Shown here: piece by piece, positions 23,301-36,809 of the stretch | How positions within the stretch are numbered: the first letter of the stretch is position 1 | Layout: every line of letters begins with the position of its first letter | NCBI GenBank assembly: GCA_044892525.1 | Contig: CM097886.1 | Span: 126,790,001 to 126,854,000, forward strand | DNA: 64,000 nt | Origin: Schmidtea polychroa | Lineage: Eukaryota | Direction of reading: 5' to 3' | The notes under the pieces: generated by a model | Seen by the model: only the letters and a program-made list of their open reading frames with translations | What the model was told of the DNA's origin: nothing | Databases searched by the model: none | Translations under genes and position numbers: made by a program

Positions 23301-25474
23301 CAAGAGAAAATAAAAGTAAAACAAAAGTAATAAAATCAGAAAATACAATAAGTTGCACATGTATAATAGAAAAAGGGCAATAAAACAACGAAAAATCATC
23401 GCGAAAAAAGACACAAAAAACAGGAAAACACCTGCGTATCTAGGCGAAAAATGGTGTATAAATAGCAATGTATCGACCAAGCAGGATCAAAAGAAAAAGG
23501 GAATAATTATAAAAAATATATTAAATTAAAACAAAAAATTAAAACAGCCGATCATAGCTATTGGAATTTATAAATAAAATAATAAATTTTAAAATTAAAA
23601 ATATACACCCTAGCTTGATTCTGATTGGTCAGACTAACAGCAAAAAAGCTAAATAAGGAGTTGCCTCCATGGACATTTCATCTTATCAAAAATTTGTTTT
23701 AGAACTTACGTCTAGCAAACTTCAAGCCTATTTTCAATTCATCTTGAGTTTTTTTCAGTAGTCATAAACTTTGCGAAACACCTTGCAATACGATCGAGTT
23801 TAGAAAATCTCATTGTCATTTATCGGAAACTCAGTAATTTTATTTTTTTGCATTTGATATTTGTAAATCTTAGTTTTTCGGTGTAATTTCATGTTATTAA
23901 TAATATATTGTAAAAATTAATTGTTAATAACGGTTGGGTTTAAATATTTCAAGTCGGTAGCCTTCGACTCTTCGTGTCTTTTTAATCAAAACAATAAATT
24001 ACCCAAAGTATATTGGAATCACAAAATTATATTTCTCTCGACAATAAATAATCAATAACCATCTTCTTCAATTTATATTTATCATTTACTGAATTGCTTA
24101 CAATAATGAATGTTTTTTGGAAATTTATTTTAGCCATTTTAGAAATAGCTTTCAGGTAAGATATTTAATTTTAGGTAAATTTTAAGTCTTGAATTTTGAT
24201 CCATGTAGATATGAGATCATTGTTCAAGTTCTTAAATTTTTGCTTTTAGTCAACATTATAATTATAAATTATTTCTAATTAATTTTCAGGGATTTTTGAT
24301 ATTTTATGACATTTATTTTTAGTCAAGTTTTTTGTAATATTTTCGAAAAAATGTGAGTCAGATATGTTTTTAATTATAATTAAATAAATGAATTACCAAA
24401 AAAATGTATTTTTCTAAAACATTTTGGGAAAAATCCCCGAATAATAAAAATAAAATAATTTTTGTATTTTTTTTTCTGAGCTCAATATGAGGAGCTTCTT
24501 TCAGGAAAGCAAATCTGGATTGAAAAGTCATTGAACCAAATTCATCTGCTCTTGAAAATTTCATAAAAAATATATTTTTAAAAATTTTCAGTGCTCTTTT
24601 ATTATCTAAAAATTGTCTAAAATAGAATTATTACGTAACTCAGCGGTGCGTTTCGATGAATCAAAAGTTTGTATGTATTTTTTAGTATGTGTTGCGCTTG
24701 TGTGTAGCTTTTAATTTTTCTACCACTTTTCAGATTTCTATAGTATAAGATGTATCTGACTGCACTCTAAATGAGAACATCAACGTGAAATCAAACTATG
24801 TATGTATGTTTCTATAATGTAAGCTTATTGATTTTTTGTTATATTATAGGAAACAGTTCTCAGTGACGTTTGGTGTATATTCTAATAACATAGTGTAAGA
24901 GTTGTAACATTGAATAATACAACGTCACTTTAATAAAAGTAATGACAGAAATGACATCGCGATAAACTACTAAAATAATAGTAACTTTAATGAATTTTTT
25001 CATCAGTGCTGATTTTTTAGAGTTCGTCTTTGATATAAAAGTGTTTTTATTGTTGTCACCGACTGAAATTTCCTGATATATTTCTGCTATTTCAGTAAAA
25101 ACAAAACCTAAGCATTCAAATCTCTAAGGTATAAAAATTCAACTAAAACATATATCTTTGTTTTAAAATTATTTCTTAAATTTGTTTTTAAGGCGAAATT
25201 TAATGTGAAAGATAACTAAAAAATTTCAATTCTGTAATTGATTTAATTTTGAAATACCTACAATTGTGAAAATTGCTATTCAAATTTCATAATAGGTTTG
25301 TTTTATTAATTCCGTTGCTAAGAAATTTATTATTTTACTACTGCTTGTAGTGGCAGGAAAATAAATTTAAATTAGTGCATTATTTAAGCAAAATTTAAGT
25401 AATATATAATAAATTAATACTGTAAAATATTATCAGATATAATTCGTATAAAATGAATATTACTAATTTTCGTA

Positions 25475-28400
25475 ATGAGTAGAGGAATTAGAGATTTGAG
25501 AGAAATTATCTGTGTTTCTCGTCTATGCAATGTTTATCAAAACGAAGATATTCTGGATATTCCTGAGCAGTATTTAGACGAATGTGTGAATAATACTCCT
25601 CAGTTTATCAAACCTGTTGGTAAGCTTTTAAATTCGAAGTCTGTTGATAAATCAAATGGCAAGTCACCATGCAAAAGCCCTCGAACTAAAGCTGCGTTAC
25701 CAAATATAAAAAATCTTTCAAATAGCGATAATTTACATGAATTCACGAAGTATTTCGAAATGATTGATGAAAAATTGCTCAGTGAATGGCTGTGTAAAGC
25801 TAATAAGCAACTCCATGAATTGATTGAATGGGCTCAAGATAACAATGCCTTCGTTAATTTCACTAATTTCTGGCTTGTGGAATTGCCATCGAACCAACGC
25901 CGAGAACTATTTGCTATGGAATATGGAATTTTAGTTGAACAAATTAAAATCGGCTTAGTAAAATATATTCACAACAAAAGCATTAGCGATAAATTAACAA
26001 ATCAACTGATATTGATTTCATTTTGGGAGTATCAGTTGCATTTTGTATCCTCATCCAGCGGATATTATCTTTTTCTTGAATATTTTGACGGCCTTGTGTC
26101 TATTGGATGTGAAAGTTACAAATCAATTCTCACTAATGTCAAATTTTCCACCCAAAATAAGCATCTCATCCAAATTCTACTCACCATTCGAGCTCTAGCA
26201 CTTGTTTCAATTTGGACGTCGGTGATTAATTTTTATCGCAATCTGATTGGTCGAGGTGATGTCCAATTGAAATCGGTTGGTATTCATTTATCCGATCATT
26301 CCGATGTCATGTATAGCCGAATATGCATGGCGATTTGGTAAGATTTTTAAAATTTCATTGATTTTATGTTGTTTTTTAATGATTTCTTTATTCAATTATA
26401 TGACTTAATTTATCTGAAAATCCTCATCCAATCAATTATACGCATGATATGAACATGACGAATAATAATAAAAATTTAATATAAAGAAATATTATATTGT
26501 TCTATAATATTGTTGGTTTTAATTGTTATATTATATATTACATTAGATCAGGGGCTAGCAACCGTTTTTTGTCCTTTAAAACCTTTCTTTCAAAGATGAT
26601 ATATGATGACTATATTTATTTGCAAATCCTGATGAAACGGTTTGTCTCTTCATTGTTGGAAAATTAGCGAACTTTTGCTTTTTCAAATGAAAAATTAAAT
26701 GATAGCAACATTATTTTCATTTGAAAAGACTTGATTTCTGCTAGAAGTTCATGTGCAAAAACATTTTTGCAGTGTCGCTTCACATTCATTTCATTAAGCC
26801 TTTAAAGGATGGCAACTGTGAATGCAAAATCTGACAGGCATTCTGAATTTTTCATCTAAGCTGCCAAATCAGCTGTTTTATATTTAATCTCCCGAAACAA
26901 CATTGTTTCATCCTTAAGATTCTATTTTCTTTTCAAAACTTCTTCATCTTCAAAACGTTTATATTCAGATTCCAAATTTCCAAGAAAGGATTTGAATTGT
27001 CGATGTTTTAGTCGCCGGGCTCTTATTATATTCATAGAGCTAATAACACTGTCAATCAGTTTGAAATCGCGTACAGATTTAAACAAACTTCCTCGAGGGA
27101 TGATATATAGGAAATGATAATATGGTGTGACACCGATGTAAGATTTTCACTAGATCATAATGTTTCTGATCAGAATAACATTTGCAGCTACTAAAGATAG
27201 AGAACGATATGTAGTTACATTGGCAAGTTTATTTAGTAGTAATTCAAACATGAATATGGCATTATCAACATTATTATATAAATCTTGTCCCGTTGTATTG
27301 TCCTTCCAATGCTCCAAGAACTTTAATTCATATATGTGCGTGCACATATAAATAACTATTAATTAACTAAGATTTTTATGTTTTTCAAAGATATATTTAA
27401 TATGCACAAAAATCTACAAATTGTTAGTTGTGTTTCCCCAAAAGCCGCTGACTACTAAATTAACGAAATCAGTTATTCGAACCATGCTCAGATAAAGAAA
27501 AAACGCTGGATCTAATGCTTCTCAGTGCTGTATTAAGAAATGGATCAAGAAGGAGGGTGTTTCCCAAAGTTTACGCGGTCGATTAGATCAAGTGCGATCC
27601 AACGTTCCTAATTAAATTCGCTCTAATATTTAGTCCAACGAGCAAAACAGACAGAAATGCTGTTTCTCGTGGTCGGGTGTGCGATTACCTTTAAATTAAC
27701 AAATAAATAGATTTAAATAACTTTATGGTTAAAAATATACAAATTTTTTCTAAGCTGATATAGCTTGCTCGTTTATGATTTCTGAAATTCTACTCGTTCC
27801 TTTTATATGAACTTATCTGACAGCTGGAATTGGATTTCTGTTCCACAGCTGGAGTTATTGTAATCTACTACCGTTAGTTTCTGTTAATCTCTTCTCCACA
27901 AAATATTTCCGCAGCTATTAGTTATGCTTATTTAATCTTTATTGATTGTAAGCTCAGCTAGAATATTTCTTCTCTATTTCTCTCAATACTTATATCTATA
28001 CTTATCTCTATACTTATATCTAGATATAGTAATTATATATTACTAATTATATATATATATATATAATTATTTATAAATTACTTAATATAGTATTTTACCT
28101 GTATTTTTTATTAATAGTAATTATTTATTCTAATTAAAGAAAATATTTATTTACCTAACTTATTTATAGTAATTAATTCTAATTATAGTAATTATTTGTT
28201 TTATTTAATTATTTATACTTATTATTATTATTATTATAATCCTAGCCTCTATATGGCTATTGAAATTTCTCCCTGAGCGAGCCCAACCCCAACATCTAGG
28301 CTCTAATATAGTTTACACTTTTAGTATACTTGCACGTGAGATTTTCACAAATGTTTTGAATTCTATTTTTTTAGATTTTGATAAGATTCATCGACGTAGA

Positions 28401-30392
28401 ACAATGAAATTTTTTTTGTCGGCAAATATTGATTTTCTACATTTTGGGGTTAACATTTTCAATATAATCTAAACTAATAGATATTTTCAATGCCCTGAAA
28501 TATTCATAGTCCATCAGAGCATGATAGGGGAGCGTCTGATTACTGACCGCTGATTACTGACCGATTAACCAATGAAATCATTTAGCCATCAATTCATCCC
28601 AACATTGCAATATTGGATTAATAAAAAGAAAATCAACTTCCGAGAATTCCGCGATGAGCAAGGCAGAAATTTGCTGATTCTTGCTGTCAGTTACAACAGT
28701 CTTTCAGTTGTTCAGTATTTTGTCAGTAATGTAAGAAATTTAATATATATATTGGTGCATTTTATCAAGGCCCGAAGTTCCCCTTACATGTTTATAGTGC
28801 TCCAAATGTCCCAATGCACTAGGGATATCCATGCTATATGCATTTTCTGTGATAGTATATTTTCAGCCGTCCCAATCCGGGAAATTTCAGTGAATATCGA
28901 TCTCTTTGAATTATTACCATTGGCCGAGAATGCGACTCTGTGGGCTTTTATATCCCTAACCTAATAAGGCATAGTAAGACATTGATTAAGAATCCAATAA
29001 CATTTATATAACATTCCGATCAATGTGAAACCTAAATATCCCAATAATTTTCAATTTTTAATTTATTATAATAATATTTTGAAATGATTAATATGCATAA
29101 ATAAAGTAAGGACTAATGATAATTAAAGCTCATTCTACCGGGTCATGGACAACAAGAAACCATTTCCTACTTTTACTATTTTCTCTCCGTCTTTAGTATT
29201 GATTTGCTGCTAGCTTCGTACTCGCGATAAAGTCCCAGATTTCTAGTGTCTTAATACTATATTTCTCAATGTATTACAGACAATTCCCAATTGGCTTGCT
29301 AAGATATGAAAATTTTCACCATTCCTAGTTGTCATGGGGAGAAATTCCAGAAAATAAGCTCAACATTTCAAATATAGATTTGTGATATACGAGTAATTTA
29401 GAAAATTTCGATCGATCAGATATGTTTTCCTGTTCCACCACTTTGAGTATTTTATATCAATTTGGCTTGATAACCACTCTCTGCTTCATTGATTGTTTAT
29501 TATTGAGCGAGTTCCATATAGATATGCCGGGTTTGCATGTTTTCACTCTGACATGATGATGATTGAATGATTGAATGCCGTTCCATTTGTCTTGGTAATT
29601 TCAGCTCTGCCTCTGCATTAGCTTATTTGGTATGCATAGTTATTATTTGCCTATACATTAATCTGTAGCTCATTCAATATCTTGTTATATCCTATTGACA
29701 GCAAACCAACATATATTCAGTTGCTCACGTTAAGTAATTGGTGCTTTTCTAGGATTTTACCGTACCAAGCGATTGGATTACCGAAAACTGACCACCTCAT
29801 GTTCTATGCGTGAATTGGCTTGTACCGTATTCTGAAAGTCAGCGATAAAGGGTATAATAGCATTATAACATAGGAAATGGGGAGGGGTCGAGAGGGAAGG
29901 GAACGCTTCGTGATATAATATTAATAAATAACCACACATTTCAATAACTAGTATGATGTGAGCGCGGTCATAAATTGCGTGAGCAACACCGGGAATTCTG
30001 CTCTACATCTTGCGGTTTGCCAGAGCAACTTTGATATTGTGAAATTGCTGATTGATAACGGGCATGCCGATGTGAATATTGCCAATGCCAATTGTGACGA
30101 TTGCACTCCCCTACATATGGCAGCTATGTATGGTGAGATCTTGTTGATTCAATATGTTACTGCCGTTACTTTCTTCATTGCAGGTCAGCAGGATATTGCG
30201 CGGTATCTGGTTGAGCATGGCGCTAATACAGACCTGGTAACCGGCAGCAATTCCACTGCCATTGACATGGCTAACTTATATGAGCAGCATGAGATTGCCA
30301 AGCTATTGCAGGATGATAAGCACGGTCCACAGCCCCCAGCTGGATCAATGTCATTCCTTAACAGATCTGATCGAGTCATTGTTGATAAATAA
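25475..30392 (+). CDS. Uncharacterised protein: about 290-aa N-terminal domain plus C-terminal ankyrin repeats (4 coding exons: 25475-26337, 28586-28730, 29952-about 30133, about 30184-30392)
   Basis: Exon phases join in frame (ATT TG|C CAT; AAT|TAT); ankyrin motifs GRNLLILAV, GNSALHLAV, CTPLHMAAMYG, STAIDMA. Confidence 0.8.
26549..27350 (-). mobile_element. Decayed hAT transposon (Charlie/SPIN/GTF2IRD2-like transposase fragments) in ankyrin-gene intron
   Basis: hAT-like terminus CAGGGGCTAGCAACC at 26549; minus-strand fragments LANVTTYRSLSLVA (ITTDGA-like), HSECLSDFAFTV, KRKFANFPTMK with stops and frameshifts; second TIR/TSD not found. Confidence 0.65.
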
Positions 30393-31624
30393 TAATAAAG
30401 TCGACTTGTATTTATTATTGATTACATTTGCAGGAGAAATAAATGTTTTTATGCAGGAGAATTTCGGTATTTGTTGGTGGGAATCTATTCAAACCCGTAA
30501 AGAAATACGAAAGATTGTTGGATACCCAATGAAAATGCAAATATGTGACTTGAGGTTTAAATAATTAATTATAACAGAGTTTCTAGAGTTCGGGGATTGA
30601 GTAGGCCAAATGATTTCATCTATTTAATAACCATTACATGAAGGTATTTGCTGATCTATCTGTCAACATAGTTCACAGTTGACGCACTATGCATTGTGGT
30701 ATCCGTTTTGTCGTGCCTAATGATTTGCAGCATCCATTAGATTTGTACGGGTTTTCACACAAATTTTCCTTAGTCCTTTCAATGCTTGACATATTTGGTA
30801 TCTTTTTCATCGTTCTTCATGGAATAAATCATTAATATTTGTTATTCTATACCTAACTAAAAATTAGAAATAGTTACATTCAAATTAAATGCGTAAAATT
30901 CCGCAATTCTTTAGTAGTATTCCATTTATGGACCTAATCATTTGAGTCATCAAAGTTTTCTTGTTTTTCTAATGTTCGTTGAATATTACTGACAATCAAG
31001 CTGAGTTAAATATTTCATGAACGGAAACTACCATTTTACTATAGATATTACAATAGCAACCTCTAAGTCAGTCATGTCATCAAACAGCCCGCAATTATGT
31101 TTACAGGGAAACAATTTATTTGCTCATGATTTAATTCAAAAGATAAAGCCTTTTCAAAAGAAGCTTAACTTTTTTCTAGAAATCAGGTTGAATGCAAATT
31201 TGGTCATTTTCCATCATTAGAGATTATATCTTTAAATATTTCTAGGGGAAAAGTTCAAGAACTTAATAAAGGAGCAAGAAAATGTACAATTTTTATAATC
31301 ATTTGAATAATGGAAAATGCAGAAATTTAAAAAACATTTATCAAGAAAAATTTGGCAATCTTCAGCTCAAATGACATTTGGGAAGAAATGTTTTTAATAA
31401 ATCTAAATAAAAGTACGATTTACATTTTGAGGCTGAGTATAAGAACTACAAGTATGGAGCCAGATATGAAGAAAATAATAGTCAATCCAAAGCGCCTCAA
31501 CATGTGACATTAGTTGTGTTAATTTATTATTCTAAATGACTTGCACTTATGCAATTTCCATAATAACACTTTGTTTACTTAAATGAATATTTTTGTATAA
31601 CACATTTTTTAATTATAATAGTTC

Positions 31625-31698
31625 GCCTGGCCCGTAAAAGAATGTTTAATTTCTAATGAAGTGCGGAGACTAAAATTGCTGACCTAGGTAATGCATGA
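31625..31698 (+). pseudogene. Possible SR-protein kinase (SRPK) exon relic
   Basis: Translates PVKEC...TKIADLGNA* (31669-31698), matching the SRPK subdomain VII motif VKIADLGNACW with C replaced by a stop; isolated and very short. Confidence 0.3.
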
Positions 31699-32776
31699 AA
31701 TTTCTTGTTAGACCATAAAATTGTGAAATTATTAATCAGTTAAATTCCTAATCCAAAACCGCGAAGTTATAATAAACGGATTGAATAAAACATTAAGAAA
31801 ACTCGACAAATTTGTTTGGGTCATATAAAATACACGAAATAAAAATATAAAAAATTACAAATTATCAGAATCAATTAAAAATTAAAAATAGAAATTAGTG
31901 ACAAGATTTTGAAGGTTCATAGAAGGGTCAGGACTCAAAACATGAACTAAATTAATTATTTGAGCTAAGAAAATCCCATAAATCAGGAAGTATCCAACTG
32001 AATGTCAGCTTAGCAGACACAAATTTTAATAAGCTGCCTGGACATTGGTTTAACGAGGCAATATGGGACTCGAATGGTTACAATTCAGGATTAACAAAAA
32101 AATTGCAGTCGAACAAAAAAAGCGCCAGTTACTCAAAGAAAATAAATTAGTCAAGGAGCAGCAGAGAAACAAAGAAATTTCTAAGTTTTAATTTCTAAAT
32201 AAATGTGATATCTATATGGTACCTACTCAATTGATATTTAATTTTATTTTGTATTAAGTTATTTGATTGGGGTTAGGGTTTTATTTACTTACTCATCAAA
32301 CAATAGAAGTCGAATTGAGAGCTAATTCCTATCAACAAAACTATTAACAAATTTAATGTCTAAGTTTAGTTAAAAGACGCAATCTTAAATTTTCAAAACA
32401 AAATTTATTTCATAAGAAAAAATTGATGACAAAGAAATAGGTAAGAAATTGATGAATAACTTCCATAAATCATCATTCATATCTAAATGCTTTTGGAAAT
32501 GTTTCAGAATATCAAATGCAAAACTCATAAAACAGCACTGATTCACAGATCAATAAGAAGTAATTCCTTGGATAAATAACTATATCACCAGGCCTACTCA
32601 TACATAAATCGAAATTCTCAACCGCAGCCAACACATTACCTGATGATCTGACCAAAATTTCCCCTTGCATCATGCCCGAAAAACAACAAAAACACAGCTC
32701 TATATATTTATTAATATCATTATCATCATCATCTTGAACTGATCTAACCGACTGCCGCAGGCTGCAAATCAATATT

Positions 32777-35700
32777 TCACATTTTGCTTTTTTTGCGGGT
32801 CTCTGCCTCCGATTCTGCTGACGAGTTTTTTGATTTGGTGATTTCGTACCGTTTAAGGACGGTTCTGATTTGTGACAGAAGGAACTGGTCCGTGTCGTCG
32901 ATGGCTTGCTTGCCTGCAATTATAATATGTGTGACAGTGGGCAATTAGATTTCATTGACTGATTCCATTACCACGGGCCATAGCTTACGGCCTACACAAT
33001 ATTTTTGGATTTATCTACCATTGCTAGGCAGCATAAAAATGAAAAGGACAATCGATATAGCATCATTAGTGACGTCGTGTAACAAACAAAAAATTGGAAA
33101 GTATAGAACAAACACTAACCTTCAGTCGTCATAGTGACACCATTGACAACGGCTGTTGAATCATCCATCTCCGCCATAGCCAAGAGGAGGGCACGCTGCA
33201 CATCTGTCAACCGCTTAGGCGGTTGGATCCGAATGTTCAGGTAGTGATCTCCGTACCCAAACGAGTTCATCCTGGCGATCCCTTTGCCAGGCAACCGGAT
33301 CCGATCGTGACTGCAGGAGCCTTTTGGTATCTGGATAACAGTAATAACGTCAGGTGCATCGCGCAAAACAAATAACTCACATCGATGGTTATGTCCCCAT
33401 AAATGCCAGGAACGCTTAGTTTGCCTCCTAATGCAGCCAAAGGCAAAGACACATTGACATCCGAATGCACGTCAGACCCGTCACGACGGAAAGTTTTGCT
33501 CTTCTCCACTCGTACAGTAACCCACAGTTCCTGTACCGCGCGTTCCCCTAGCGAGACACGGAGACTCTGTCCATCCTCGACTCCAGCTGGGATCGATACT
33601 CGAATTGTTTTGCGCTGTGATACCTTGCCGCGGCCCTTGCAATCATGGCAAGCGTTCTTGATGATCCTGCCAGACCCGCCACAACGCGAGCATGTTGAGC
33701 GCATTAGGAAGGGACCAGAATTCACGCTCTGCATCCCGCTACCTTGACATGATGGACAGACAGTACTGGAGGTGCCAGGCTCACTCTTGCTGCCCTTACA
33801 TCTTCCGCATTCTACCATCAGATTCAGATCCAGTTCCTTATTCACCCCGCAGGCAGCCTGATTGAATGTCAAGTTCACCGTCACCTCTTGGGCCCGCTGC
33901 ATACCATCATCGAACCCTGCAATTTATCACTTTCGTCATTAGCAATAAACAAATGGGAAGAGAAGTGGGAAGGGAAATGCCAAAATTTGACTGACTGTAA
34001 AAATCGAAATAACAAGGATCCGATTGGTTGGAGTATTTAAAGCACTAAATAAATGACTCGCGTCCCCTTGAATGCGCTGCCCAATCCCTCGCGACAAAAA
34101 GATCTTGTTAATCTGGAAACCCCATAAAACAATAATCAATTATAAACAGCAGAATTTTACCGAAACTGATTCTGCTATAACGCGCATTTATCAGTCGTTT
34201 TCGAATTTCCTCTAAACTATTTACACTATTGTGCTGCAATTCTATATCCAGTCAAACCCATGAAATTCCAATGGAAATCGCAATAACATACAATTTATTA
34301 CTACATATCTCCTCCTACTGTCATTGTCATAGGATATATTTGAATAAATCTGCTTCTCATCACAATTAGAGCTTCCAATACCGGACAAAAATTTGAATAC
34401 CGGTATTTCGGTATTATATTTTATAGAAACCGGTATAGGTATTCAAAAATGGGACAAATCGAAATACAAAAGAATAAATAAAAAGTTCAAAAACTTTTAT
34501 CGTTTAAAGTAACAAAATGGTTAAAATCGATTATTTAGTATTAAAATATGACCTCAAAAAACATAAATTATTTAAAGTTTCGTCATTTAAAGAAGAAAGA
34601 ATTTTGGTACATAAAATCCCTGAAGAAGAGAAACCCAGTTTAGCTTCCACGCTTGTTGGGGGAATAGTTAAAATATAATCATAAACCAATTTCAGGTTAA
34701 TACCACGCGTGCCGCCTTCCTCAAATATTTCTATTTGTTTTTAGCACACTTTTAATTTTTAATTCATTGTTTATGGCCATATCCAGCTGTTCTTGTAATG
34801 TTAAATTCATAGGTGACCCATTATAATTTTTATGACATCTTCGTCAATAGCTGTTTCAGGTTCAGAAGCTGATGGTTTGGTTTCAGCTGGGGTTGATGAA
34901 AGCCGCTGTATAAGACTCACATTGAAATTTACTAAATCTTTTTTAATTAACCTTTCACATATAATATCAGAACCAAGAATCTTTTGAGCTTGATCTCCTT
35001 TATGAAGATATTGTATTAGATTAGATAAGTTTGAGCGTCTTTCTTTTATTCTTGGAATTAAGGAGGTCTTCATATTGTTACATAATGGGGTTGTGCCCAG
35101 ATTTTGCAGCTAAATGCTAGTATGGTATCAGCCGACTGAAGATATGCATCTCTTCTACATAAAGCCTCTACAGCCAATTTCACGGGCAATAACATATCCA
35201 CTGTTGATGAAATCAATTCTAATTCTGATTCCATAAAAAACAGTTGAATTTAAGTCGATCAGGGCTTTTTGTATGGAATTTTTATTTTATAAAAACGTTC
35301 TAACATGAAAAGTAAGCTGTTCCACCTGGTCTTATTATCCAAAATCAAAGATAACTCCTTTCCATATTCAGTTTTTACATAAACTTGGAGTATCCCATTT
35401 TTTATAGTTGAACGTTTGAAAAGCTTTACAACTTTTCTAACTTTACTTATCGCTGGACCCAAATTATTTGCAAGGTCATTTGAATTTTGCGGGCTTTTAA
35501 AAATTCTTAATCCGTCAAAATCTTCTTTATTGTTTTCATCATCAGATTCAAGATAATCAGCTGTCAAATCCACAAGTGTAGTTTTATATAAAACATCAAC
35601 CACGGCCAGTTGGACTCCATGGGCCAAACAAAGTTGTTGGTCGATGGATATTAATTGTCCTACTTTTTTTTATAATCGAAGCACCATTCGTGGTAATACA

Positions 35701-36809
35701 TACGATATCGCGACCAATTTTTAAGTTGTGTTCTTTCAATATATTATCAATTAATTTTACACACATTTCTCCTGGGAGCCGTCCATTGACTCGCGCTAAC
35801 CCCAAATTCCAGAATTTGTTGTGAGATAAACATTAATGTTCAAATAACGTCTATTTCTAATAGAATTCCACTCCGGTTTGTTTAATCTTGTTTTTAGTCT
35901 AAATTCATCTGAACTTAAAGATCTGAAAAGTATTTTTGGTCGAAGGGAAAATTTACTGAGATACCGGTATTCATTTTTCGTTATCGGTATTTGAAATTTG
36001 TACGGTATACCGGTATTGGAAACCCTAATCACAATTATAGAATTTATTTATTGTTATTGATGTATTGATGATCAAAACTATATCATCGATACCTTGGTAA
36101 TCGATTGGTTACTTGCGTCACATACTTAGAATTTCTCAGCTAAAGGCTGCAATTTTTATCAAATCGACGAGATCTATTTTTATTTATGAGATCAATTTAT
36201 TTAGCATTTTTTTAAAAAATAAAATTCATTTTTACTACTTAGCACACATATAAATTAAAAAGAGATGTAACAAAATTAATGATTTTCTATTTATCAATTT
36301 CAAACTACCTGATTCATTATCCACTCCAAAATCGAAATCAGAAAAGAAACCTTTATCCTTAAACAAATTACGGAACAATTCCTCTGCGGTTGTCCTGGAA
36401 AAGTTGCTACTAAATCCTGATTGAGCACCAGCAGATCCATATGTGTCATATTCTGTTTTTTTATTTGCATCACTCAACACTTCATACGCTTCACTGGCAT
36501 CTTTAAATTTTTCTTCAGCTTCTTTGTTGTTTTTGTTAGTATCAGGGTGGTATTTTTTTGCCAGCTAAATGTTATCATTTAATCTTATTATAAATGCAAT
36601 AAACTAACTTGATAATATGCTGATTTAATTTCTTTTGGTGAAGCATTCTTGTTAACTCCTAATATTTTATAATAGTCCTTTTTCAAATAATTTGATGAAT
36701 GAAATTTTGACACTAAAAGAATTATTTCACCAAATTTTAAATATATCATCAACTTACCAAAATGTTTTTGTGAATTTGTCAACCTAAAAAGATATCGAGC
36801 AATTGCCAT
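32777..36809 (-). CDS. DNAJA3: DnaJ homolog subfamily A member 3 (Tid1), mitochondrial Hsp40, multi-exon
   Basis: Basic presequence-like N-terminus, J domain (DYYKILGV...LAKKYHPD), G/F region, four CxxCxGxG zinc-finger motifs ([32 protein letters not shown]), C-terminal domain LPGKGI...GDHYLNIRI; last exon 32777-32913 ends KKSKM*. Confidence 0.92.
34367..36027 (-). mobile_element. Internally deleted hAT DNA transposon in DNAJA3 intron
   Basis: TIRs TAGAGCTTCCAATACCGG / CCGGTATTGGAAACCCTA, perfect 8-bp TSD ATCACAAT (34359-34366, 36028-36035), subterminal ATACCGGTAT palindromes, broken transposase ([41 protein letters not shown]). Confidence 0.93.

Noticed and set aside
21600-23600. A-rich tracts and a TGTAACG start suggesting solo LTRs
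   Set aside because: No paired termini or TSD could be defined.
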